Sequence record: NC_027402.1
Length of the DNA stretch: 64,000 nt
Reading direction: 5' to 3' (one strand)
Positions within the stretch are counted from its first letter, which is position 1. Each line of letters opens with the position of its first letter. The translations under genes and the position numbers were made by a program. Positions 35,679-43,818 of this stretch are shown one piece after another. The notes under the pieces were generated by a model. That model searched no databases. It was not told where the DNA came from and saw only the letters and a program-made list of their open reading frames with translations.

Positions 35679-36482
35679 ATGCAACTATTTAATCTATACG
35701 GTATGGACAAAAACGACCTGACCGTAGAGTTTAGTGGTCGACTGACCACCTTGGGGCAACTCCGTGAACGGATTCAAGATTTGCGACCCGTCGCAGACCA
35801 AGAAGACGATCATTGGTTAGTGTTGAGTAATAGCGGTCGTGCGCAAATGTATTTTCGTGGATGTCGTTCAGGTATTGTTTACTACATCTACGAGCTGCAT
35901 GTACTTTCCGAGCCCCTGTTCCACGAGTGGAAGCGTTTGACGCGACTCCTGGAAGTGCAGATGCTTGATATTACCTGTTTCCCGCACGACACCGAGCACG
36001 CAGCACTATACCAGCGTCTGGGGTTCGAAGCTGTAACGAAACGTGTGGAGATTACTGTTAGTCCGAAATACGGCTTTACGTCAGACCCATCAGTTGTCCC
36101 GTTGGAGACATTGTCATTAGAACAAACCCAAGATGTTTGCTATCTGATGCGACCTACGCTAAAAGACGCAGGAACGCGAGAGATGTTGGGCGAGTTAGCA
36201 AATGGTTTTGTTTCCGCGTTTGTAGGGTTACACGGCCAGAAACCGTTTTCTTTAATGCTCTATAAGGAGTTCCCGAAGAGCATCATTACTGAGCAATTCT
36301 GCTGCCAAACTTTTGACCCGATTGCCTACTCGGTAGAGTTTCTAAAACACTACCACGCCATTTTGCATTTGGCGGGGCAGAAAGGTAAGAAGGTCAACAT
36401 GGGTGTTGCGATAGAGCACGAGTTTCCTTCTATCGAAGGGTTAGAGTATCGTGTAATCACGCATCACTACACCCTTGCGTAA
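35679..36482 (+). CDS. Degenerate GNAT-like protein
   Basis: HAALYQRLGFE resembles GNAT motif B; no clear motif A. Confidence 0.5.
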   Translation: MQLFNLYGMDKNDLTVEFSGRLTTLGQLRERIQDLRPVADQEDDHWLVLSNSGRAQMYFRGCRSGIVYYIYELHVLSEPLFHEWKRLTRLLEVQMLDITCFPHDTEHAALYQRLGFEAVTKRVEITVSPKYGFTSDPSVVPLETLSLEQTQDVCYLMRPTLKDAGTREMLGELANGFVSAFVGLHGQKPFSLMLYKEFPKSIITEQFCCQTFDPIAYSVEFLKHYHAILHLAGQKGKKVNMGVAIEHEFPSIEGLEYRVITHHYTLA

Positions 36483-36491
36483 GGAGAGAAT

Positions 36492-37304
36492 ATGCTGAGA
36501 GTTATCGAACGCACGGAGAGGATTCTGGACCGAACGTGGTTGGAAGACCGTAAAGCGTTATCGTTGTTAAATGATATCGATCCTTCCACGTTACAAGATG
36601 AACGTCGTCTTTACTACCGAATCTTTGAAGTATTCAGTCGGGACACAGTTGCGCCTGACGCGATCGTGCTCTGCCTGGACCACGGATACATGTTAGAAGT
36701 TATCAATATGGTTCGTGCTTTAGACGCCCAGTTAACCTCGCTTGCGGATGCTTTACTCCGCTCAGCGGGGTGTAACTACGCGATGCATTTTACTCGTTCT
36801 GAAGGGGACGAATATGCTCGCATGGGCTTTTGTTGCGAAACGATAAACTACCGCAAAATTAATACATTGGTGCCTAGCCACGATGAGGATTTCTGTGGGG
36901 ATGTCAGTTCGTTGTTCGATAGTAAGAAAGCGTTCTTGGATTGGGTTAGAATGCTTTACGGTAAAAGCTCTATCTACTCAACGCTCGTTACGGGCGGGAG
37001 GATGATGTCGTGGCGGAACAGCGATAGTTACAAACTGACAGTGCTCACACATCGTGGACAACGCTGGGTTATTGGTGGGTGGTTTACCGCAGAAGGGGTG
37101 GTTACTCTAACTCGGGAGGAGTTCGGGCTGTTGATGCACTGTGTCCAGTCCGAATTACCGGTGGGGGATGAACTGATTTACACCTACCACCAATATACTG
37201 GGGGGCCTGCCGCAATGTGGTTATTAGAAAATGGTTGGCTGCCCGAAAGTTATGTGTACGGACGTACTCTGAAAACTAGTAATGGAGAAGATAATGCAAA
37301 TTAA
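36492..37304 (+). CDS. Degenerate GNAT-like protein
   Basis: DEYARMGF and WLLENGW motif-B-like ends of two halves; size similar to neighbour. Confidence 0.4.
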   Translation: MLRVIERTERILDRTWLEDRKALSLLNDIDPSTLQDERRLYYRIFEVFSRDTVAPDAIVLCLDHGYMLEVINMVRALDAQLTSLADALLRSAGCNYAMHFTRSEGDEYARMGFCCETINYRKINTLVPSHDEDFCGDVSSLFDSKKAFLDWVRMLYGKSSIYSTLVTGGRMMSWRNSDSYKLTVLTHRGQRWVIGGWFTAEGVVTLTREEFGLLMHCVQSELPVGDELIYTYHQYTGGPAAMWLLENGWLPESYVYGRTLKTSNGEDNAN

Positions 37305-37572
37305 TCGTACAGTGTCGAAGTCTAAAGAAGTCGTTTACAACGTTGAAGACGGTGATGTAATGCAGTTTCGTGCCGTCATTGACGAACAGCACGTACTCCA
37401 AGTCGTTTATTCGAAAGAAGAAATGACTCGCGCACATAGCCGCGTGTTAGAAAAACTCGTTGCGAAAGCCAAACAGCGCGACGGTATTAAATCCTACAAC
37501 GTCATGTACGGTTATCAGCTACGTGAAGTGGAAGGGGAGTTGCTAATCACCCCTGTTCCGGTAACGGCGTAA
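37294..37572 (+). CDS. Small hypothetical protein (92 aa)
   Basis: SD GGAG before ATG 37294. Confidence 0.75.
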   Translation: MQINRTVSKSKEVVYNVEDGDVMQFRAVIDEQHVLQVVYSKEEMTRAHSRVLEKLVAKAKQRDGIKSYNVMYGYQLREVEGELLITPVPVTA

Positions 37573-37582
37573 TTCGCCATTG

Positions 37583-37590
37583 TATGACCC
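37583..37590 (+). promoter_or_regulatory. Candidate late promoter (TATGACCC)
   Basis: Third intergenic copy of the 8-mer. Confidence 0.4.
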
Positions 37591-37612
37591 TTAAATACCG
37601 TTGAGGTTAACT

Positions 37613-38095
37613 ATGGATATGATCGAATTAGGTCAGCTCCCTCAGCACGATTTTGATTTAGGCGTGCGTCATGAGGAAGGGGCCGACGCGAACACACTTA
37701 TGGCCCGCTACTACGAGCTACTGACCGGTCAACCGTTGGACGATGAGTATATCAACCGTTTTGAAAAACTGTTGGCACAACTCATCACCTCTAACGCAGA
37801 ACGCATTGGCATGTTAAACGAAATGAACTTTGCTGATGTGGAGCCGTCTGACGCTCAGAAGATTCTTATCGATGGTCCTGTGCCAAGCGATGAGGTACAA
37901 GACCTTCTGGCAGGTATCCGTGCAGGCTTCGATGAAGCTGCTGAGAAATACGCGGAAGAGCTGGCAGACGTCGATTTGGCTGCGCCGGTTGACCCGAATC
38001 CGTCTGCAGAGGAGACTGCAGCTGCGAAATTGAAACTCGCACGCTTTATCTGTGCTGCTGTCTTGACAGACGACCGTGAAGAAAACCAACTGTAA
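37613..38095 (+). CDS. Acidic hypothetical protein (160 aa)
   Basis: SD GAGGT; strongly D/E-rich. Confidence 0.8.
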   Translation: MDMIELGQLPQHDFDLGVRHEEGADANTLMARYYELLTGQPLDDEYINRFEKLLAQLITSNAERIGMLNEMNFADVEPSDAQKILIDGPVPSDEVQDLLAGIRAGFDEAAEKYAEELADVDLAAPVDPNPSAEETAAAKLKLARFICAAVLTDDREENQL

Positions 38096-38100
38096 GGCCC

Positions 38101-38139
38101 GCCTCCTTGCCCACGGGTGAGGAGGTCCCTTTTTATTTA
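38101..38139 (+). terminator. Intrinsic terminator
   Basis: GCCTCCT...AGGAGGT then T-rich. Confidence 0.65.
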
Positions 38140-38191
38140 CATCAGTCCACTAACTTATGTGAAACAACCCACGTAATGAGGAATTAAGAGA

Positions 38192-38509
38192 ATGTGGTTA
38201 AGTGCTATTCATCGTGACCTGCCAAAACGTGAAGTGACTCTTTCTGTCGATGCGGAACCGATTACCGTTGGTGTCGCAAACTTCGACCGTATGGAAGAAG
38301 GACAGTATGTCGTGGTGGACAACGATGAAAACGAATTCATGTTATTCCATCCCGAAGTTGATGCGTCTGAAATCCGCGAGGGTTCTATCTTGTTTTCTTG
38401 GCAAGACAAAGAAACTAAACAGTGGATGTGGTGCGTTGCTAACACAACCAATGAAAAAGGTACCGCGTATGCCCCAGGACAGCTTCATGTCGAACCTAAA
38501 CCCCATTGA
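38192..38509 (+). CDS. Hypothetical protein (105 aa)
   Basis: SD GAGGA. Confidence 0.7.
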   Translation: MWLSAIHRDLPKREVTLSVDAEPITVGVANFDRMEEGQYVVVDNDENEFMLFHPEVDASEIREGSILFSWQDKETKQWMWCVANTTNEKGTAYAPGQLHVEPKPH

Positions 38510-38801
38510 GCCCGCACTGACGCACCAGGAACTGCACGTCCGTTTTATTCGGGCGTTCACACCCCCGTTAGGTGGTGAGGTACACGATCGTTCCGTGGTT
38601 GCAGAAGTTAAAGGTATCGGCGAAGAACTAATGACACTGTCTAATATTGTGACGGGTGTTGAGTTCACGTTACCGTTAAACGTATTTCGGTTTATTCCGC
38701 GCGTAAACGAAACGCTGCTCATCGACCGTGTGCATCATCGGATTATGGCGCAGGTACATCCTAGCCGTAAAGAGTATGTGCGCTTAGAGATGATGGTCTA
38801 A
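38487..38801 (+). CDS. Hypothetical protein (104 aa)
   Basis: Start moved from 38250 to ATG 38487. Confidence 0.65.
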   Translation: MSNLNPIEPALTHQELHVRFIRAFTPPLGGEVHDRSVVAEVKGIGEELMTLSNIVTGVEFTLPLNVFRFIPRVNETLLIDRVHHRIMAQVHPSRKEYVRLEMMV

Positions 38802-38810
38802 CGCACGACT

Positions 38811-38835
38811 TTTCAGATAGATGTTATTTTACTGA
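38811..38835 (+). promoter_or_regulatory. Early-type promoter P6
   Basis: TTTCAGATA-GATGTTAT-TTTACTGA. Confidence 0.7.
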
Positions 38836-38863
38836 ACCTAACTGTAAAGAAAGGAAAAAGTAG

Positions 38864-39169
38864 ATGGCTAAACAATACACAATTGTTAAACGCGCAGGTA
38901 CGACTCTGCTGTACGTGGAGAAAGGTTGTGAGAACACTGCAACCGCCAAGAAACTGAACCTGCAAGGGTTTCTGTATCAAGGTCTCCGCGCGGGTTTGAC
39001 CATCACTTTCAAAGGCTTACCACAGGCGAAGAATCTGCGCGTCGTACGTGCAGACGGTGTAGAGCGTGCCTTGGTAGCCGACACCCCGGTTGATACTATC
39101 CCTGCCAGTAAGAAGGCAGCGAAAGCAACCAAGAAAGTCGTCGATAAACGCAAACGCGCTGTCGCTTAA
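38864..39169 (+). CDS. Basic protein with Lys/Ala-rich C-tail
   Basis: ASKKAAKATKKVVDKRKRAVA; single-gene unit. Confidence 0.8.
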   Translation: MAKQYTIVKRAGTTLLYVEKGCENTATAKKLNLQGFLYQGLRAGLTITFKGLPQAKNLRVVRADGVERALVADTPVDTIPASKKAAKATKKVVDKRKRAVA

Positions 39170-39175
39170 GTAGTC

Positions 39176-39214
39176 CCCTACCTAACTTCGGTTAGGTAGG
39201 GTTCTTTTTATTTT
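39176..39214 (+). terminator. Intrinsic terminator (UUCG loop)
   Basis: CCCTACCTAAC-ttcg-GTTAGGTAGGG then T-rich. Confidence 0.85.
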
Positions 39215-39234
39215 TAACCCTTTGGGGGTATACC

Positions 39235-39687
39235 ATGTTTCAATGTTCAGTCGTCAATGATGCGGAATTGGCCGCGTACAAGCAGCGCACAATCCGGGCG
39301 CTGGATGCTGAAAAACCAGTCGATGTTAAAACGCGTGCAATCATTAGGGCATTTAGCGAATGGCCGAATATCGCAACCGTTTGGGCATTCACGGGAGAAG
39401 TTCGCAAAGACGGAGACAAGCTACGTACACGTAGACACCACAGCTTAACATTTGTGGCAACCGAGGCAGGTCTTAAAGACATTAATCATTTATTAGAAGG
39501 ATGGCAGCCGCACGAATACGGGAAACGTTTTCAGTTAAACTTTACTTGGCTGCGTCAAGAAGGCAACGCGAATCTCTGTTATCCAAGCTGGACGTTTAGA
39601 CTCAACTATCGACCTGACCCAGATGTGATGGAAAGAGTGATGGAGCACTGGCTCGCACTCGCAATTTTTACAGAACATAACCATTAA
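39235..39687 (+). CDS. Hypothetical protein, paralog of 39716
   Basis: Shared layout ending ...W.(L/I)..(R/Y) region; degenerate T.W..G motif. Confidence 0.7.
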   Translation: MFQCSVVNDAELAAYKQRTIRALDAEKPVDVKTRAIIRAFSEWPNIATVWAFTGEVRKDGDKLRTRRHHSLTFVATEAGLKDINHLLEGWQPHEYGKRFQLNFTWLRQEGNANLCYPSWTFRLNYRPDPDVMERVMEHWLALAIFTEHNH

Positions 39688-39715
39688 ATGAAGACACCCT
39701 TAAGGAGAATTAAAG

Positions 39716-40186
39716 ATGCCAGTTTTATACGGTGGCGTGGATCTGAAAGTTTTGGATCGGTTTAAACTACGGGCATCCGAAGCGCTCGTAAACGGTTGGG
39801 TCGAGCGTGGGGTACGGGATGCGTGTGAAGTTATTTGCCGTTACCCCGGCGCGACGACAATGTGGTCATGTCATGGACACGGACCATATTCTAAAAAGAA
39901 CTCGCCAGGGGAGTTCCATGTAGTGTTTGTTCTTGGTGTTGGCTTTGAGCACAAAGCGCATGAGCTAGTTGCTGAGTTAATGAAAGCGGATATTCCACCA
40001 TTGTGGGATTTATCCATGGCGAGACTCATGTACCCTGATGATGATTTCGTTTATGACCTCAGCGAAATCACCCTGAAAAACACGTATAACGCGTGGAAGA
40101 TAACGTATCGTTATCTGCACACCGAACAATCCCTTCGTGAAATTCGTAAAGTATTCCACACAGTTTGCAAAAAGGTTTTTAACTAA
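39716..40186 (+). CDS. Hypothetical protein with T-x-x-S-C-x-G-H motif
   Basis: GATTMWSCHGHG; SD TAAGGAG. Confidence 0.7.
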   Translation: MPVLYGGVDLKVLDRFKLRASEALVNGWVERGVRDACEVICRYPGATTMWSCHGHGPYSKKNSPGEFHVVFVLGVGFEHKAHELVAELMKADIPPLWDLSMARLMYPDDDFVYDLSEITLKNTYNAWKITYRYLHTEQSLREIRKVFHTVCKKVFN

Positions 40187-40884
40187 TGGCTAAGCAAAAG
40201 AAACCCCGTAACAAAAAGTATAACCCGAAAGTTGCCACAGAACGTACGGCACACACCGTCGCTGAAAACGCTCTGAATCGTATCACGTTTATCGGCAGTT
40301 CGATTCGTCGCCTCGGGCCGTACGCGGGCCGTGGTTTTCACTTTACGGCAAGTCCTCGTATTCGTGCCATCGCCACAGATATGTTAGTCGGTGGGCTGTT
40401 CGACCAACCGCGACCATGGCATCTTTGGGTGATGCACCTCACTGAACTCGACACCGGTGAAATTGTAACAGAAACCGCAGTTGCCACACTCGACGATTAT
40501 ACTTTGGCGGACTTCTGTGAACACGCTGAGGAGTTAGTTAAATCGTTACGTCCTGAACAGGAAGAGGGGAAGTATTTCGGCTATGCGTTTGTGGCTGCAC
40601 CGAACGAGCGGTACGACTTCAAAGCGGAAGAAGACCAACTCATTGAAAACTTCATGCATTCTGGACTACTTGATACGTCTTTACATCTGTCGGAAGAACA
40701 ACAGTTCGTTAGTCGTGCGGATATGGCAAAGTTACTTGTTGGTTATACTCGGAAGTTTGACGTGACCGTTGAACATGTCAAAGAAGTACCAGAGATTGTG
40801 AGCAAGAAAGACGAGGTGGTGCTTCCGGTTGACGAGGTTGTCAGTAAAGTAGCGACTGCGATAGGGGCAACGGGGGATTACTGA
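40186..40884 (+). CDS. Hypothetical protein with basic N-terminus
   Basis: MAKQKKPRNKKYNPK; TAATG coupling. Confidence 0.8.
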   Translation: MAKQKKPRNKKYNPKVATERTAHTVAENALNRITFIGSSIRRLGPYAGRGFHFTASPRIRAIATDMLVGGLFDQPRPWHLWVMHLTELDTGEIVTETAVATLDDYTLADFCEHAEELVKSLRPEQEEGKYFGYAFVAAPNERYDFKAEEDQLIENFMHSGLLDTSLHLSEEQQFVSRADMAKLLVGYTRKFDVTVEHVKEVPEIVSKKDEVVLPVDEVVSKVATAIGATGDY

Positions 40885-41093
40885 TGAACTTACGTTGGCC
40901 TATCGCCGCGGCGGTGCTGTTTTGTATTTATATCGCAATCAGTACCAGCACTCGTACTGCGGAACGTCGAGAGACCGCAACCAGCACGTTTAGGATGTGC
41001 ATTGACCGTGTGGACCCGAACAGTGACACTTATCCTGATGCGGTGGATGCGTGTCGTAAAGCGGTTGCCATGATACTCAAAGAGGAAAATTAA
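40884..41093 (+). CDS. Small membrane-anchored protein with Cys pair
   Basis: N-terminal hydrophobic helix; FRMC...D.VDACRKA. Confidence 0.7.
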   Translation: MNLRWPIAAAVLFCIYIAISTSTRTAERRETATSTFRMCIDRVDPNSDTYPDAVDACRKAVAMILKEEN

Positions 41094-41179
41094 TGGAGAA
41101 TTTAACGCCGATTGAGATAGTGGCGCTATTGACCCTAGGTTACATGGATTTGATTTTAACCCCATTAATTATCGAGTGA
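41093..41179 (+). CDS. 28-aa hydrophobic peptide (absent from ORF track)
   Basis: SD GAGG; TAATG coupling; MENLTPIEIVALLTLGYMDLILTPLIIE. Confidence 0.5.
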   Translation: MENLTPIEIVALLTLGYMDLILTPLIIE

Positions 41180-41183
41180 ATAA

Positions 41184-41669
41184 ATGAAACTACAAACCGA
41201 GGTTAAGGAAATACCCGCACAAACCGTGGCATCCGCGAGTGGACTGATACTGTCTATACCGTGCGACGAATTTAAAGACTCGGCCCGTCCCGACGAAACG
41301 ATATCGTTAGCATTACGTCGCGGACACGTTTTCTGTGAATTCGACGCGCCTGTGATTAAACCGTGTCAATCGTTCGGGGAAGTAAAGGCCGCCATTGATC
41401 GGATACGTTGTATTGAACTCGTACGCGTTTGCGGTTATGTATCGAACGTCTGCTATGGCGTTGTCGATGGTTACTTTCAACTCCGCGGTGAATTCACACC
41501 ACACGGCCCACTCAAAGCGTTAGCGATTGAAGTGATGCGTGCAGGCACCATCATGATTTCTCCACGTATAGAACTCGATGGATATGGGAAGATTGTTTGC
41601 ATCCCATCTTTCGATGTTGTGGCAGAAGAAACCCCACGTTATCAATTTCTACGTACGGTGAAACAATGA
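41184..41669 (+). CDS. Degenerate T4 gp21-like prohead protease paralog
   Basis: RGHVFCEFDAP, GEFTPHGP and ISPR line up with the GExxHP, (T/K)PxGP and SxR pattern; catalytic His not evident. Confidence 0.5.
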   Translation: MKLQTEVKEIPAQTVASASGLILSIPCDEFKDSARPDETISLALRRGHVFCEFDAPVIKPCQSFGEVKAAIDRIRCIELVRVCGYVSNVCYGVVDGYFQLRGEFTPHGPLKALAIEVMRAGTIMISPRIELDGYGKIVCIPSFDVVAEETPRYQFLRTVKQ

Positions 41670-41998
41670 AGAAAGTTTTAGTTCTGTTAGGCGCACTCGT
41701 TGCGCCTATGGTTGCCCACGCTGCGGACAAACCACTCTTACTCGACCAGGATGTTTACGAACGTGTATTCCTGGAATGCGCTAAAACCTTTAACGGACCA
41801 CAGAAAACAACCTTTAACGATTTGGACGAAGCGTTAGAGGTCTGTCGTGACACTGCAAAAGAAATCGCGGTACGTCAAGGAACCCTCAAAATGGCGGTGG
41901 GTAGCAACTGGGAAGAAGTGCAGGTGATGGAAAAACCGGGTTACATGGTCGACCTGAACGCTAAGTTGATGCGTGAAGAAAAACAGAAACAAAAGTGA
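41666..41998 (+). CDS. Secreted protein with Cys pair
   Basis: Signal peptide MKKVLVLLGALVAPMVAHA; FLEC...D.LEVCRDTA. Confidence 0.75.
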   Translation: MKKVLVLLGALVAPMVAHAADKPLLLDQDVYERVFLECAKTFNGPQKTTFNDLDEALEVCRDTAKEIAVRQGTLKMAVGSNWEEVQVMEKPGYMVDLNAKLMREEKQKQK

Positions 41999-42006
41999 GG
42001 TAAAGG

Positions 42007-43014
42007 ATGACGAAGCTCGTTTCGTTTTCAGCAGGGTTGGATTCCACCTGGATAATGTATCAGCTGTTGTGCAAAGCACCGGCCAATGAAGCACGACATG
42101 TCCGTCCTGCATATTTCTCCATGTGGAATGGAGGTAACGCGAACTTCATGGAAATTCTTTGTAGTGTGGCCATTGTTGAACGGTTAATGGACAGATACCA
42201 CGCACAAACCGATCGTGTTACATGGGCGGTGCTCGGGGAAGAGAACTTTCCGCCTGTCGTTAGCGCCGGCTACGCTAACGGCTGGTCGCCTCTGGTTCAG
42301 CAAGGCAATGTTGTTAACGGCCTCGCTAAACTGATGTGCGACATTACACGCAAACAGCACCACGCCTATGCAGTTGTTGGCTGGAATAAGCTAGATGCGT
42401 TGGAGAATAGTCTAGAGCTGGGAGATTGGACATTAGACGAGTACGCTCGCTTAAAGAACCTTTATAGCGAACTGATGTATTTCCAAGATCATGCCGGCCG
42501 CGTTCCACCGCTTCTAACACCTGCGTGGGATAAAGAGAAACTGGAAATGTGGCAGGAGTTGCCGGAAGACATTCGTAGATTGCTGCAGGTCAGTAACTAC
42601 AACAACTACGAATTCGCGATAGACCGTGAGAATAACATGCTCATCGTTTATGCCCATCCGTCGGCAAAGTCGCAGAATTATCGTAGTCTTGGTATTACAC
42701 CGTCTGTGGGATGGGAGATTAAAATCAACGATGCTTACAGACGGGTATGGTGCTCTGCTCTTGGTGGTGCTATTTCTGCTATGGGTTTGGACGTACCGAC
42801 TTTTGCTAACTTTAAGGACCCGAAAAGAAATCACACAACCTTTACGGTAACTGAAGATACCGAAAGACTGTTTATCACGTCATTTACAGCAGAAGAGTGG
42901 TGCGAATATGCACCGCATTTTAAAGCGCTTCAGGAGAAAGAAAAAGAGAGAGCGAATAATGCCAAAGCAAGTAAAGCTGTGGACGCTCCAACTGGCGAAG
43001 TGGCGGATAGCTGA
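42007..43014 (+). CDS. QueC-like PP-loop (adenine nucleotide alpha-hydrolase) protein
   Basis: N-terminal LVSFSAGLDST; AVVGWNKLD; LLTPAWDKEKLEM; no QueC Zn-Cys cluster. Confidence 0.7.
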   Translation: MTKLVSFSAGLDSTWIMYQLLCKAPANEARHVRPAYFSMWNGGNANFMEILCSVAIVERLMDRYHAQTDRVTWAVLGEENFPPVVSAGYANGWSPLVQQGNVVNGLAKLMCDITRKQHHAYAVVGWNKLDALENSLELGDWTLDEYARLKNLYSELMYFQDHAGRVPPLLTPAWDKEKLEMWQELPEDIRRLLQVSNYNNYEFAIDRENNMLIVYAHPSAKSQNYRSLGITPSVGWEIKINDAYRRVWCSALGGAISAMGLDVPTFANFKDPKRNHTTFTVTEDTERLFITSFTAEEWCEYAPHFKALQEKEKERANNAKASKAVDAPTGEVADS

Positions 43015-43342
43015 AAAACGGAATTTGCCAAAGCTGGATATAACAGTTAAGTCGGGGCTGAAATATTTGGCACCCGACTGGGACTTTCTGATGGACTACA
43101 AGAAGTCTGACAAAGGCCCCGACGCAGAAGCTGCGTATACCAAACGCTACCTGCAGAAACTTAGTCGGTTGTTTGATGAAGACACTGATAAGCTGATAGA
43201 GATTCTCCGCCGGGGCGAGGTCGTACTAATGTGCTATTGCCCACCGGGGAAATTCTGTCATCGCCACTTGCTAGTTTCTTACCTTATTGAAATCGGTGAG
43301 TGGTTCGGTTATGAAGTAATTTACATGGGCGAGTTATCGTAA
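42959..43342 (+). CDS. DUF488-like protein
   Basis: YLAPDWDFL...YTKRY; VVLMCYCPPGKFCHRHLL. Confidence 0.7.
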   Translation: MPKQVKLWTLQLAKWRIAEKRNLPKLDITVKSGLKYLAPDWDFLMDYKKSDKGPDAEAAYTKRYLQKLSRLFDEDTDKLIEILRRGEVVLMCYCPPGKFCHRHLLVSYLIEIGEWFGYEVIYMGELS

Positions 43343-43353
43343 GGAGAGTCCTC

Positions 43354-43749
43354 GTGAAATTGATTATGCCTAAAACCGTTCCTAATCAGGATATGGTTAC
43401 GACTACACTGTTTTCTGAATCATTACGCAACTCTGTACGTCAGACCGCTTCACGTCTAGACGTGGCAGTTGAAGAACTCGACCCTGAAGTCTTCATGAAG
43501 TATGCGTTTATTGCAGAAGGTTACGCGATCGCCCTGACTTATGCGCGGTATGTCGATGACGTGACAGAAGCTAAACGTTATTTAGAAGGCTGTTGTCAAG
43601 TTTTCCGTGAAGAAATCACCGAGATGGAGATGGTTGACCGTGGCTTACCTGAATTTGTAAAGGTGGGTTACGATAAGTTGTTGCAATCCATCGCGGATGA
43701 GATCAAACGTCGCGGGTTAACTGTTGTGCACAGTGCTACACTGCACTAA
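43354..43749 (+). CDS. Hypothetical acidic helical protein (131 aa)
   Basis: SD TAAGGAG, GTG start. Confidence 0.75.
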   Translation: MKLIMPKTVPNQDMVTTTLFSESLRNSVRQTASRLDVAVEELDPEVFMKYAFIAEGYAIALTYARYVDDVTEAKRYLEGCCQVFREEITEMEMVDRGLPEFVKVGYDKLLQSIADEIKRRGLTVVHSATLH

Positions 43750-43763
43750 CAGCGTACGAGTAG

Positions 43764-43802
43764 GCTACCACACGATCATATGTGTGGTAGCTTATTTTTT
43801 TT
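43764..43802 (+). terminator. Intrinsic terminator
   Basis: GCTACCACAC...GTGTGGTAGC then T run. Confidence 0.8.
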
Positions 43803-43818
43803 GTTTCTGGAGGCGTTA

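Noticed and set aside
32223-38153. CAGTCCACTAA at 32223 and 38143, with a partial copy at 26423
   Set aside because: Only two full copies with different downstream contexts; cannot be separated from chance without a genome-wide count.
42007-43014. Complete 7-deazaguanine DNA modification pathway
   Set aside because: Only a QueC-like gene lacking Zn-Cys is present. No QueD, QueE, FolE or DpdA is recognisable in the window.
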